64,000 nt of DNA. Source: Octopus vulgaris (Eukaryota). Positions 1 to 11,849 of the stretch are shown in pieces. Both the position numbers and the translations under genes were made by a program. The stretch spans positions 166,098,001 through 166,162,000 of the forward strand of contig OX597815.1 of NCBI GenBank assembly GCA_951406725.2. Direction: 5' to 3'. A model generated the notes under the pieces. The model worked only from the letters and a program-made list of their open reading frames with translations, had not been told where the DNA came from and did no database searches. Position 1 is the first letter of the stretch, and each line of letters begins with the position of its first letter.

Positions 1-639
1 CAGACTCTAACAGCATTCTACACGGCAGAAGGCAACAAATCATAGTCAGAAACAGCTATGCCATACGGGGCACGGATTGTACTGGTTGGGACTGGTTGTT
101 CAACCATGTCGAAGGATGATGATGAAGTTGTTACTACGATCTATTGTTAAGAATTGTTGGCGTTAATTGCTTTAAATAGTATTTTACTGCTTGTTTATGT
201 TAATTTATACATCACAAATGTTTACCAGTTTTTTGTTTCATTTCTATTGAATGTGAAATTAGAGAGCTACGTATGAATTTGTCTCTCGAATTTTACCTAG
301 TTTCCAATTTCAGATATGTGAGGTTATATTTTGTTTATGTTTCCTGCTATGACATGTTATCTGGAAGCAATCTTTAATTCATATTATGTTGGTAGATGTA
401 TCCTAATTTCTATCGGTAACATGTCCGGTACAGCCTGTTGCAAGATAGGACCGTCAGTTATTGAAACTAGCTCCCCAACCAAGCTCGCCTCGTGAGCAAA
501 GTTGCTTGAAACCTAGGAGAGCAAAAAAATGATACCTGTCAAAAGGACGGATGAAACCATCACAGAGTCAACGACTACTTAACAACAACATGGGGACTTA
601 GAAATTTCGGGTTAGGATATAACATGTAAAACATTAGGA

Positions 640-955
640 GCGAAGCATCCTTTACCTTTTGTGACGGCATGTCTAGGAAAAGGTACTACTGTGTCCCCAG
701 TTGCACAAGCAGTATACCTGTGTAGGTAATATCGGGTCGGCATACTTGGTACCTCCGAGCATAAACCCCCTCTCTCTCTGAGTGCTTGGGAAGAGGCGAA
801 GGCTAAGAGAGTCAACTTCGATAGTAAATTAGAGCAACAGAGAACTGACGAGCCACCGATTCTATTCATCTCGAAGGGAGCGCGAAGACGCAATGAATGG
901 AAGTACAGTGGTTGCCTGTGAGGTCCTTGATTCACAGCCATGAAGATAGAAGCAT
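640..955 (-). mobile_element. Highly degenerate CR1/Jockey-like LINE fragment (RT C-terminal region)
   Basis: Minus-strand peptides IGGSS and EVDSLSLR resemble the WGGSS...L(Q/D)SLSxRR region downstream of CR1/Jockey RT. Frameshifted. Confidence 0.3.
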
Positions 956-1582
956 TCATTCATTCATTCATTCATTCATTCATCCATCCATCCATTCATT
1001 CATTATTTTATTGAACGTACATACTACAGTGCTTACGCTGATGATTTGGGGGCGTTATGGAAGTCTGTGAAATTTAATTCTCTTTCTTGGTGGAAGTGAT
1101 TTCACAAGGCTTTATATATATATATTTTTTGCTTAATTTTATAATTTGTGTTTTCATTGATGTGTGAGTATGTTATAACGATAATAGGTAGGTGGTCAGA
1201 AGAAAACACGTTTACCATGTGATTGCAACAGCTATGTGCGTGGAACAAAGGTGTCATTTGGAGAGGGGTTGTTTTAGTTAGCATGGTGAGGGATGAGGGC
1301 GTATAGTGTGGGCCGTTTGGTAAATACGAGCAGTTTAGTTGTAAAGTTATTGCTCCCTCTTCTATTATCTGTATTGTTTTTGTACCAGACGACAGTTTTA
1401 TTAACATGTGAAGTTGTGGGTGGATCATTATATCTAAAGTATATCAGCTGCTTTCTTTTTTGTCCTACATATTCTAATTTGTATGCGCGTGTGCATGCAT
1501 AGCTGTACGTATGTCTGTGTAAATATGTCCACGAGTATTTGCATGTGTGCATGAATTTATGAATATATGTACGCATGCAATT

Positions 1583-1732
1583 ATGTATGTATGTATGTAT
1601 GTATGTATGTATGTATGTATGTATGTATGTATGTATGTATGTATGTATGTATGTATGTATGTGTGTATGTATGTATGTATATGTGTGTGTTATGTGTGTG
1701 TGTATGTGTGTGTGTATGTGTATGTGTGTGTG
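1583..1732. repeat. (TATG)n/(TG)n microsatellite
   Basis: Directly visible. Confidence 0.97.
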
Positions 1733-1984
1733 CGCGCTTGTTCTGTCACTAATTAAACCACGTCGGTCGGATTATTTCCTTCAGCTGATGGTATAAATAA
1801 ACTGGGTCTCATTGACCAATTTTTTTCTTTTCACCACCCCCACCAGTCTCTTTTGTTCTTACTATTCTTCTCCTTCCGGTTACTTTCTATCATTCTTACC
1901 TGCCTCTACCATCTCTGAATCTACCATTTATTTACCACTACCAACAGAAATTCCATTTGATACTATTACCTATACTTTCAAATT

Positions 1985-2037
1985 GTTCTATTATTATGCT
2001 TTTGTGTTCGGCCGCCCTTGTGGCCAATAAAGAAAGA

Positions 2038-2038
<1 letters not shown>
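1985..2038 (+). mobile_element. Retroposon 3' tail (Tx1-like tail motif) abutting (ATC)n
   Basis: cccttgtggccaataaagaaa resembles the ends at ~31011-31033 and ~39857-39878 and the long SINE-C tail. Confidence 0.5.
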
Positions 2039-2136
<98 letters not shown>

Positions 2137-2152
2137 GTTGTTGTTGTTGTTA
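2039..2152. repeat. Compound (ATC)n(ATT)n(GTT)n microsatellite
   Basis: Directly visible. Confidence 0.97.
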
Positions 2153-2445
2153 TTCATAAACTCCTGTCTACTACATAGTAACTACACACTTAACTCTTTT
2201 AAAGAAGTCCCACTACGAAAACAATAAAAATAACAAAAAAAAAAAAGCAAACCGTTACTACTACTACTACTACTACTACTATTTTCTACTACCACCACCA
2301 CCGCTATTACTACTCTTAGAACTAGTAATACTGATACTCCTACTTTTTTCCTATTCTTCCTCATGCTCTTCTTGCAGCTCACCCTCTACCCCTCTTCCTC
2401 CCCATACTGCTACTACCACCACACCACCACCACCACCACTACTAC

Positions 2446-2481
<36 letters not shown>

Positions 2482-2878
2482 TACCCTCCTCGTACTACTA
2501 CTGCTACCCTCTGTTACTACTACAAGTATTACTACTACTACTATAACATTAACCACCATCACCACCACCACCACCACCACCACCACCACCACCACCACAA
2601 CTACTACTACTACTTGAAGCAGGAGGATGGGATGGGTGTGTTTGTCGGAGTTGTCGGTTATAACTCAAAACAGCTCATAGAACACTTTTTTGCGGTTGTT
2701 TGCATATTTGGTTGGTTAATTAGCTTTGGCGGTCTTCTTTTTATTATTCCTATCATTTCTTTTCCTTTATTATTCGAGTTGGTTGGGATTTGTCAATTTT
2801 TTTTCTTCTTCTTCAATGGAGGTTTCGTAAAACAAAAACATAAATAAATAAATAAATGGAGGCGCAATAAATAAATAA

Positions 2879-3110
2879 GTGGAGGCGCAATGGCCCAGTG
2901 GTTAGGGCAGCGGACTCGCAGTCGTAGGATCGCGGTTTCGATTCCCAGGCCGGGTGTTGTGAGTGTTTATTGAGCGAAAACACCTAAAAAAAAAAAGCTC
3001 CACGATGCTCCGGCAGGGGATGGCGATCCCTGCTGTACGCTTTCACCAAAACGGCGGTGCATCAGCATGGCCACAGCTCTGAGCTGAAACTAGAGAAAAA
3101 AATAAAAATG
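2879..3110 (+). mobile_element. tRNA-derived SINE family A with CR1-type 3' tail
   Basis: A-box tggcccagtggttagg and B-box ggtttcgattccc. Same head as 21517, 59793 and 62200. Tail ggcggtgcatcagcatggccacagctctgagctgaaactaga followed by an A-rich run. Confidence 0.9.
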
Positions 3111-3616
3111 AAAAAAAAATAAATAAATAAATAAATAAATAAATAAACCCTCCCCGTGTCAGTAACCGGAACCTGCCAATAGATATTCACCAGAAGTAGA
3201 ATCAGGTCTATTCATTTTATCAGTGGTTGTAACAATAGCCTTTTAGTTCTATCAACGTTGCACACAAACTGATAACTGTTTCCAGGTCAAACCAGATACT
3301 TTATTAGCATTACAGACTCAATTTTGTTCTATTCTGTTTGTTCTAGTTAAATGTTATAGGTATGCATGTATGTATGTATGTATGTATGTATCTGTGACTA
3401 TGTATTATGCGTGTGAGTATGTCTGTGTGAGTTATGCATGTACATACATACACACGCATACGAACACAGGCACACGAACATATCACACATATACACATAT
3501 AGAGACATACACACACACATGGACACGCACGCACGCATGCACTCACACACACACACACACATAAAACCTCACCTATATATATACAATCATACATTCATAT
3601 ATATATATATATATAT

Positions 3617-3965
3617 ATAACATAAGGGACTAAAGCCATCTGAATATGGCTAGGGACAGGGCAGGGTGGTGGGGGTGTTACTGTTGCATTTAGCCCCAGG
3701 CGAACATCGACGTCACCAGAAAGGCTCGACACCGTCACGGTGCCCTTAACCTGCAAAGGGAGGTAATTCCCCGATGAAGCGGAAACCACACACGGACCAT
3801 GGTTTCAAGGTGTATTGCCTATCATCGGCGTGTGGTAGGCCTCCGCTTCCTCGACGAATTCTCACTCTGCAGGATTTTCTTATATAGATTTTCAAGCAAA
3901 ATACATTTGCTGATTTCGAAAATCTGTTCGAAAGCAATAATAATGGCTTTAGTCCCTTATGTTAT
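3617..3965. repeat. Segment bounded by a perfect 23-bp inverted repeat (MITE or Penelope-like inverted tail)
   Basis: ataacataagggactaaagccat (3617-3639) is the exact reverse complement of 3943-3965. The left end abuts (TA)n. Confidence 0.75.
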
Positions 3966-4045
3966 CGAGCAGTTACTGTCTATATCCCTTTTAGAGAATT
4001 ATTATTGCTATATATATATATATATACATATATGTATACACACAC

Positions 4046-4104
<59 letters not shown>

Positions 4105-4111
4105 CGCATAT

Positions 4112-4174
<63 letters not shown>

Positions 4175-4175
<1 letters not shown>

Positions 4176-4251
4176 TTTATTTAAAAACAGCAGAAATTTA
4201 ACAAAAGAAATTTAACAGCTTTTGTTAAATTTCTGCTGCTTTTAAATAAAG
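4175..4251. repeat. 33-bp foldback hairpin at the edge of a (TA)n-embedded repeat
   Basis: 4175-4207 is the reverse complement of 4219-4251 with one mismatch, around an 11-nt loop. Confidence 0.85.
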
Positions 4252-4515
4252 CATGTTACTCTACCTCTGGTATTTGAGTACTCTTTTTTTCCACCTTGTT
4301 TCACATTGATGTGCTTACTCCGGTATTTGACCTGTACTCCATTTTTTGTTGTTTTTAAAAAAATGTCCAGTTCCTTGGTTTGTGTCTATGTTTTCGTTTC
4401 TCTTTGTGTTCGACGTCCCTTTGGTGTCCTGTACTCATATATGCGTGTATATGTACAAGTAGAGGTAGGTACGTACATATATGTTTATATATATGCATAT
4501 GTTTTATTTTATTTA

Positions 4516-4550
<35 letters not shown>

Positions 4551-4554
<4 letters not shown>

Positions 4555-4600
4555 CAGAGAAACCCGGCCTTGCTCGGGATTAAAATGGCATAATTTTGTG
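4551..4600 (-). mobile_element. Helitron-like 3' end remnant
   Basis: Minus-strand hairpin cccgagcaaggccggg followed by tgctat resembles the CTAG end of the element at 52739. Confidence 0.45.
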
Positions 4601-4602
4601 TT

Positions 4603-4881
4603 GCTTCAGTCATGTGACTACGGCCATGCTGGAGTACGGCCGTTGGTCGAACAAATCGACCACATGATTTATTCATTGTAAGCCTAATACTTATTCCATC
4701 AGTGTCTTTTGCCGAACCGCTAAATTATGGGAACGCAAACACAACAACATCGGTGGTCAAACAATGGTGGGGGCAAAGACATAGATACACACACACACAC
4801 GCACACAATATACATCTATATATCACAGTCTTCTTTCAATTTCCGTGTACGAAATCCACTCACAAGACTTTCGTCGGCCTA
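4603..4881 (-). mobile_element. SINE family B, 5'-truncated
   Basis: Homologous to the copies at 15449-15862, 24703-25066 and 50900-51324. Confidence 0.85.
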
Positions 4882-4934
4882 ACTGTGGCACACGCCCCAC
4901 CTTTAGGAAGGTAAAAAGTTCCATTTTAACGCGG

Positions 4935-5290
4935 ATGTCTACTCCTTATGCAGAGTTTGACCACCTCCTGCACCTGCACCTTAGAATCATCATGGCATAT
5001 GATGTGGCTTTTTAAACCAGACAATGCTTTGAAAGGACACCCACATAGATTGCATATCCAATTTGGACCACCAAGAGCTGCAGATAAGTTCTGACATTAG
5101 TGGATCTTAAAATGTCTTTTGAGGCCTGCGTTAGATTTGTAAGCCTTCTGGCATACATTGTATTGAAAAGTGTGCTCAGACATATGGGCAGAATAATTGG
5201 TGGCGATTCGTTTTGCATGGGTTTGCAAATGAGATTTCAGCCCAGCAAAAGAAATGGCATTTTCCTGATGAAACACCACTCCTTTTCGAT
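4935..5290 (-). pseudogene. Degenerate tandem C2H2 zinc-finger relic, probably an RTE LINE 3' end
   Basis: Peptides SFAGLKSHLQTH, NVCQKAYKSNAGLKRHFKIH and SGLKSHIICH, interrupted by stops and frameshifts. Confidence 0.55.
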
Positions 5291-5392
5291 TCACTAAAGC
5301 GCAGTGGCCCGGGAACAGGATTTTCTTAGAGGGTGCAAACCCAGGTAAAAAAACTTTTTACAAACAAGGCGGATTTTTCCAATCTTGATATC

Positions 5393-5452
<60 letters not shown>

Positions 5453-5853
5453 CACATACATACGCACATACGCACGCACGCACACACACACATATATACA
5501 TACACGCACACACCCACACATACATATATATACACACACACATATACACACATATACACGGGAGAAACGGACAGTAGCGGAAACATAAACATAGCACAGT
5601 TGTTATTTTATATATACGCAAGAGGCCTTTCGATAATATGACAAAATTAGGACAAGATAAAAAATGTAAGTTGTTAATATTTAAGGCCTTTTGCCTATAC
5701 TGCGGCTTTAAGATATGATAAGTAGCAATGTTAAAAGGGAACTATATCCAAAAGAACTCAGGAGAAGGGTAAAAAGATGGGATAAAATGTATTAAAGACA
5801 GAAGGAAAGAAAACACAGAATGAAAATTGAAAATTTAAATCGAGGGTCTGAAG

Positions 5854-6637
5854 CAGTGGCCCAGCAACAAAATTTGCTAAGGGGGTGCAAACCCAGGTCC
5901 TAATTTTTTAATGAATAATGTGGATTTTTCCAATGTTAACATTAAAATAAATGCAGGTATAATAATAATTTTTATTATTATGAGGGTCGGCTGAAATGTT
6001 CATAATCTGAGCAAGACACTCTCAATGGAATGTGACCTAATGAAGTTCATTTTCTAACATAGTTCCTCTTACTGTCCACACACTTCCATAAGTAGTTGCA
6101 GTGCTTGGATCGCACTGGTGAAGAAGCGTTTCTGTTGATCAAAATGGTCATCAACAACAGATAAGATGTTCTCATCATAGTGATACTGGTGCTCAGCTGA
6201 GTGTTTTTCTATGTTGGGAAATAGATGATAACTAGAAGGAACCAAATCACTAACATAGGGAGGGTGATCAACCAGTTCAAAGCCAGTCACACACAGCAGT
6301 CATTGACACCAAGGACTTTCCATAAGGCCCTCGGAACTTTCTAGGAAGGCTCTCATCCATGGAACTTTCCAGGAAGTCATCGGAAAAATGAAAATATACG
6401 AAATAAAAAACGATTACATACGTACCGTAGTTTTATTTCGTATATTTTCATTTGTCTTGCACCTTTTTGCATTTTGGCGTTTTGCTGAGATTTTTTGGGG
6501 GAACACACTCTTCGTGGTAATGGCGATTTGACTTTTATGTTTAGCATATAGGGTGTCCACTTTAGTGGTCAATCCTCTTAATTTTGTATGTAACACAATT
6601 TTTAATCTTCGGATTTTTAAAATATGCTAGGCCACTG
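5854..6637. mobile_element. Possible hAT-like non-autonomous element (second similar left end at 5302-5395)
   Basis: Termini cagtggcccagca and tgctaggccactg. 5302-5395 resembles 5854-5945. No clear 8-bp TSD. Confidence 0.4.
5981..6333 (-). mobile_element. mariner (DD34D) relic, transposase C-terminus
   Basis: ORF 6069-6290 reads GFELVDHPPYVSDLVPSSYHLFP, matching HPPYSPDLAPSDYHLFP. TIR-like start tgagggtcggctgaaatgttc follows a TA. Confidence 0.85.
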
Positions 6638-6752
6638 GTTTTAATTGATTAATATCAATTTCTACCCTTGTTATTTAATTTATAGGAATATATATGTGTA
6701 TTTATATGTACAAAAATTATTATTTCTAAATCTCTCATTCAGAGACATTCAG

Positions 6753-7304
6753 TAACAATACTTTCAGGTAAAGATTATTTTGCCATCATAATGTGGCAGT
6801 CCCAGGCAGGACAAATATTACTGTTATTTAGCCCCAGGAAACATTCTCTAGCTGGTTATACGACACACTATCTGTGTCCTTATATTTTCGAAAATAGGGA
6901 GTCTAGCGTCCCCACTCAGCACAAAGCAATATGTGCATATTTCGGTTAATGAGTTATTTCCCTTCGTGGCTAGAAATGGCGCTGCTAAATTCCTGTTCGA
7001 ATATGTGTAGTTTTCAAAATAAGGCACAGCAACTGATCTAATAAATAGAAATATATTATTTCTAGATATCTCGACGAGAGGCATTTAATAACAATACTGT
7101 AAAGTAAAGACTATTTGCCAACATAATGTGGTAGTCCCGGTTAGGACCTATTTTACTCTTATTTAGCCCCCAGGAAACATCGTCTCTCTCTGGTTATACG
7201 ACAAACTATCTGTGTCCTTATATTTTCGAACAAGGGAGGCCAGTGCCCCCACACAGCACAAAGCAATATATGCGTAACTCTGTTTCTGGGTTATTTCTCT
7301 TCGT
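6753..7304 (+). repeat. Two diverged ~215-bp direct copies (6753-6967, 7089-7304) of an unclassified dispersed repeat
   Basis: Shared blocks ttatttagcccc..ggaaacat, ctggttatacgaca..ctatctgtgtccttatattttcgaa and cagcacaaagcaatat. Related sequence occurs at ~3670-3760 and ~25960-26030. Confidence 0.8.
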
Positions 7305-7493
7305 CATCACTGAATAACTGCTTGGCAAGAGATGGTGCGCGCACTCACAAACACGCACACACAGACTCAGACACACACATATAGGTGCAGGCATGGATGT
7401 GTAGTAAGAAGTTTGCTTACAAACCACATATATAGCACCATGCCGATCAAACCCTTGTAAATGGATCTGATAGACGGAAACTAAAAGATTCCT

Positions 7494-7554
<61 letters not shown>

Positions 7555-7764
7555 TACAAAATTAGAGAATGGAGAAACATACTTAAATCAATAAAACATC
7601 AACTATCAGATGATACCCAATCAATACTTTAATACACCATTACATATCAGTAAAGGCATTATACAAAATATACAGTAAGAGTAAATAGACAAAGAGATAT
7701 AAGTATAAAATTTCAAATATAATATGTAATTAAATCAAATCTGACAGCTGTATATATATATATA

Positions 7765-9050
7765 CAGGCTGTTCGAGCTAAATTTGACAGTTTGCATAAA
7801 AGGTAATGAAAACTCATTATATTTTGCAAATACAAAAGTATTGGGTTGTCCGGAAAGTTTGTGCCGACTTTTAGAGGAAAGAAAAAAGGTCAATAAATAC
7901 TTGCCATTACCCAAGCTTTACCAGGTGCTCATGAACGACGGATTTTGATAGGTTGAGGCTTTCTGCCAATTCTCTGGTTGTGCGATGTGGGTTATTCTCA
8001 ATTAATGACTTGATTTGGTCATCATCTGTAGTGGATGGTCTGCCTGATCGCTCTTTATCAATAAGGCTACAATCTCCTGCTCGGAACCTTGCGAACCACT
8101 TCCGTACAGTTCTTTCAGATAAAGAAACATCACCGTAAACTGTGCATATTTCTTTGGTTGCTTGTGAGGCATTTTTTCCCTTTACGGAAAAAGAAAAGCA
8201 TCAAGTGCCGAAAATGAACTTTCTTATCTTCCATTTTAAAGGGTTACAGAATTGACACAGGTTATAGGAACATAAACATTCTTCCACGAAAAGATAGCTT
8301 AAACTGTTCTCTAAATGGAAGTGTAGTCAAATCCTATTTTATGAACTCAAACATATTCTAAATTAAGTTGAAAAGCAAGCTATTATAAATCGGCATGAAC
8401 TTTCTGGACAACCTAATATTTTTTAAAAATCAGAAAATATCAACTAGATTATAGCTAAGAGATAACAATATACTCAAAGTAGCTGCACTCAGCTTCTACC
8501 ACGTCCTGAAGACCCCGGAATTTGGTGCATGCGTTCCTCACCGGGAAGATCTTTGAGCACGTCTTTGATCTCGGCTACCAGCTTGGCATGGTGTTGCAGG
8601 TATAGCGGTTGGTGTCCTTCTCAACCGTGCCTCACACGTAGTAATCGATGGAAATACAATCGAGGGAATTAGGAAGCCAAAATTTGAGGTTAGTGAAGTG
8701 GTAGAAATTCTTCGACAACTAGTTCTAATTCTTTCCAGGAGTATGGAAAGGAGTCGAATCCTGCTGCAGTAGATTCCAACAGTAATCATCTCTAGCCAGG
8801 GTTTGACCATAAACTTCAGCAGCTTCACATAGCCGTCTGAACCAAAAGGACTTGTTCAAAGATATGGTAGGTATGACGACACCCTTACAGGAAACACACT
8901 CAAAGATCATCCCAATTTGGACAACATGGCTTTCAGGATGTGCATGTCACGTCTTACAGCTTTTGCAGTGTTCACAAAGTAGCATTCATGGTGTCAGCAC
9001 TTTGATATGCGGCGCGATCATCATGATAGAGATAACACTTTTCCCACATG
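7765..9050 (-). mobile_element. Tc1/mariner superfamily (maT/DD37D-like) decayed element hosting a nested mariner
   Basis: Minus-strand peptides QQDSTPFHT, NFWLPNSLDCISIDYYV (~WPPNSPDCNPLDYYVW) and ACTKFRGLQDVVEAECSYFE. TA-caggctgttc terminus at 7765. Confidence 0.75.
7841..8416 (-). mobile_element. Internally deleted mariner with both TIRs and TA TSD
   Basis: TIRs ttgggttgtccggaaagtttgtgccga and tcggcatgaactttctggacaacctaa, each flanked by TA. N-terminal peptide MEDKKVHFRHLMLFFFRKG...VRKWFARFRAGD...RSGRP. Confidence 0.93.
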
Positions 9051-9061
9051 CAGATGACTTT

Positions 9062-9262
9062 AAGGCGGCGTGCTGGCAGAATCGTTAACGCGCCGGGCTT
9101 AGCAGCATTTCGTCCGATTTAATGTTTTGAGTCCGCTGAGGTCGTCTTTGCCTTTCGTCGTTTCGGGGTCGGCAAAATAATTACCAGTTGAGCACTGGGG
9201 TTGCTGTAATCGACTTCATCCCTCACCCCGAAATTGCTGGCCTTGTGTCAAAATTTTAAAAT
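9062..9262 (+). mobile_element. SINE family C (short-tail form)
   Basis: Head aaggcggcg..ctggcagaatcgtta and core gaggtcg..tttgcctttc..tttcggggtcg. Confidence 0.85.
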
Positions 9263-9379
9263 ATTATTCAGATGGTTTCCAGTTCTCCATAACAGCTAAC
9301 TTTTTCTCAGCAACAACTTTCATACTCATACTCAGCATCGCTGTTCCAGAAAAATATCATCAAGCGAAAGATCTGCATA

Positions 9380-9612
9380 TACATGCATACATACACATAC
9401 ATACATACATACATACATACATACATACATACATACATACATACATACATACATACATACATACATACATACATACATACATACATACATACATACACAC
9501 ACACATACATACATACATACATACATACATACATACATACATACATACATACATACATACATACATACATACATACATACATACATACATACAGACAGAC
9601 AGACAGACAGAC
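9380..9612. repeat. (CATA)n microsatellite ending in (CAGA)n
   Basis: Directly visible. Confidence 0.98.
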
Positions 9613-9620
9613 AAGAGAAC

Positions 9621-10080
9621 ACATATGCTGAACTATTGAGAAATCTACAGTTATTCTATCCAGATTACATGTTCAAGTATTTATTGGGGCCCTGGGATAC
9701 GTAACACACTGCTTAAATTCCAATCTTGAGAAGTTAGGCTTCTCAAAACCAGGAAGGAAAAAGCTAATTCGAAGACTACGGATCCAATCTATCACTGGAA
9801 GTGTAAAAATCTCTAAAACTTTCCAGAAGTTTATCATTTAAATACATATGAGCATATCTACATATGCAACTACATGCATGAGAATATATAGATAAAACGT
9901 ACAAATCTGCACCTACATACATACATAATACATACATACATACATAATACATACATACATACATACATACAAGCAAAAATACCCAGTTGTTGATGTTGAA
10001 ATTCCATTGAAGGAGCCTTGGATCTAGGATAGAAACCGGTTCTTTCTTTATTGCCAATAAATCTTGAAATAAATTGAATA
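9621..10080 (+). mobile_element. 3' end of a restriction-like-endonuclease (R4/Dong-like) non-LTR retrotransposon
   Basis: TYAELLRNLQLFYPDY / IGALGYVTHCLNSNLEKLGF...KTFQKFII* matches the KY..L...P(I/V)(I/V)IGALG tail of REL domains. The 3'UTR recurs at 13890-14030. (CATA)n lies on both sides. Confidence 0.75.
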
Positions 10081-10097
10081 ACGTCATGCATACATAC

Positions 10098-10240
<143 letters not shown>

Positions 10241-10258
10241 TATATAATATATATATAT

Positions 10259-10560
10259 AATTGGCAAATATTGGGTTAAGGTAAACAGAAAAGAAATAGA
10301 CAAAGCAAAATCCCAACAATGGGATTCGAACCATTTAGTTTTGACTTCATTAGCTTCCTCACCCTTCTGATACACTCCTTCTCAATTTTCTCAAGATTCT
10401 AATACTCCTAGATACTTATAACTCTTTCTTTCTTTCGATGATTTTAACGTCTGGTCATCTGGTAATTGGATGTCTTCGCTGTTGTCTATCTGTCCCCATT
10501 CTCATGACTAATATCGCACACTTATCTATGCCAGATTCCATGCCTATATCTTTGCTGAAG
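10259..10560 (+). repeat. ~300-bp near-identical duplicate of 13224-13525
   Basis: Sequences match across the block. One difference seen (aaatattggg vs aaacattggg). Confidence 0.95.
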
Positions 10561-10732
10561 ACACCAGTACTTACTTTTAAAACATAGTACTATTGGACTC
10601 ACAGACACACGCATTTATATGTACATATATGTATGCATGCATTTATGTGTATATGCTAGAAAAAACTGTCCGACGAACGGCAACGTGAAGCTCAGAGTAA
10701 CAGGTTTTGTTGAATTTTCTGCTGCTTTAAAT

Positions 10733-10771
<39 letters not shown>

Positions 10772-10857
10772 CCATGCATGCACACATACATGTACATATA
10801 AATGCGTGTGTCTGTGAGTCCAATGGTTCTATGTTTTAAAAGTAAGTACTGGTGTCT
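10559..10857. repeat. 68-bp inverted repeat (10559-10626 / 10790-10857)
   Basis: The arms are reverse complements with two mismatches. Confidence 0.93.
10666..10703 (+). ncRNA. Minimal type I hammerhead-ribozyme-like motif (variant core)
   Basis: ctgt-CCGACGA-acg(gcaa)cgt-GAAG-ctc(a)gag-TA-acag. Stems I, II and III all pair. The core carries U4C and A15.1G. Confidence 0.55.
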
Positions 10858-11311
10858 ATTCGTTTAACACTAAGACCCTTCAACTTGGTGCCCCAGCACA
10901 GCTGCAGTACGACCACCACTTCCGTTGTAGCTTTCCGGCATGTATATAAAAGCTATTAGTAACTTGTTACCAGCTCGAATATACTTGAGACATATTCAAA
11001 CTTGTAAGAAAGGCCATTCACTGCATTTTGAATGGCATATCTGAAGCAGCAACAAGTTTATATTTTTCACACATCACTACTTAGCGCTTCAAATGTTAGA
11101 CTCTACAGTTTTCTATTGAACTGACTATTGTTTAAAATTACTACTACCCGGTCTCTCTTTTAGCCAACTCCCACCCCACGCACTCACACACATGTGTGTA
11201 TGTGTGTATGCGCGTGTTTATCTGTTTATATTTTTGTATGATTGTATATGTATGAAATTATGTACGCATCTATTTACGAAGTCGTAAAATTATATGTATG
11301 TATATGTGTGA

Positions 11312-11376
<65 letters not shown>

Positions 11377-11663
11377 AATGCTTATGCATCTCATGTATTT
11401 ATTTGACTACATGAATCTATCATTGATATCAGATTAGAACAAGATGATGTTGTCCATCAAACACAACCTTCTTCTCTTATATTAAACTAACAGGCTTTGT
11501 GTTTTCATCATAATAGTCAGTTTTCTTCCGGTGCCCCCACAAACCGTCTTTCCCCTCTTTCACTTTGTGTGTGCTTCTCTATATATAAATGCAAATATAT
11601 GTATACACGCACATATACACACACACATACATACATACACATACTTATGCACATAACACCACT

Positions 11664-11706
<43 letters not shown>

Positions 11707-11849
11707 ATCTTTCTTTCTTTCTTTCTTTCTTTCGGTCTGCTTCCGTTATTCCGTTCGTCCGATAAAACGTCACATAAACATTGTTTCTGCCTGAGAATAC
11801 CTTTTTTGTTATTCATTTATTCCTATATCATTTAATTTAAAAATGTGGG

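Noticed and set aside
430-640. Possible RTE 5' end
   Set aside because: The resemblance is vague and no convincing peptide motif was found.
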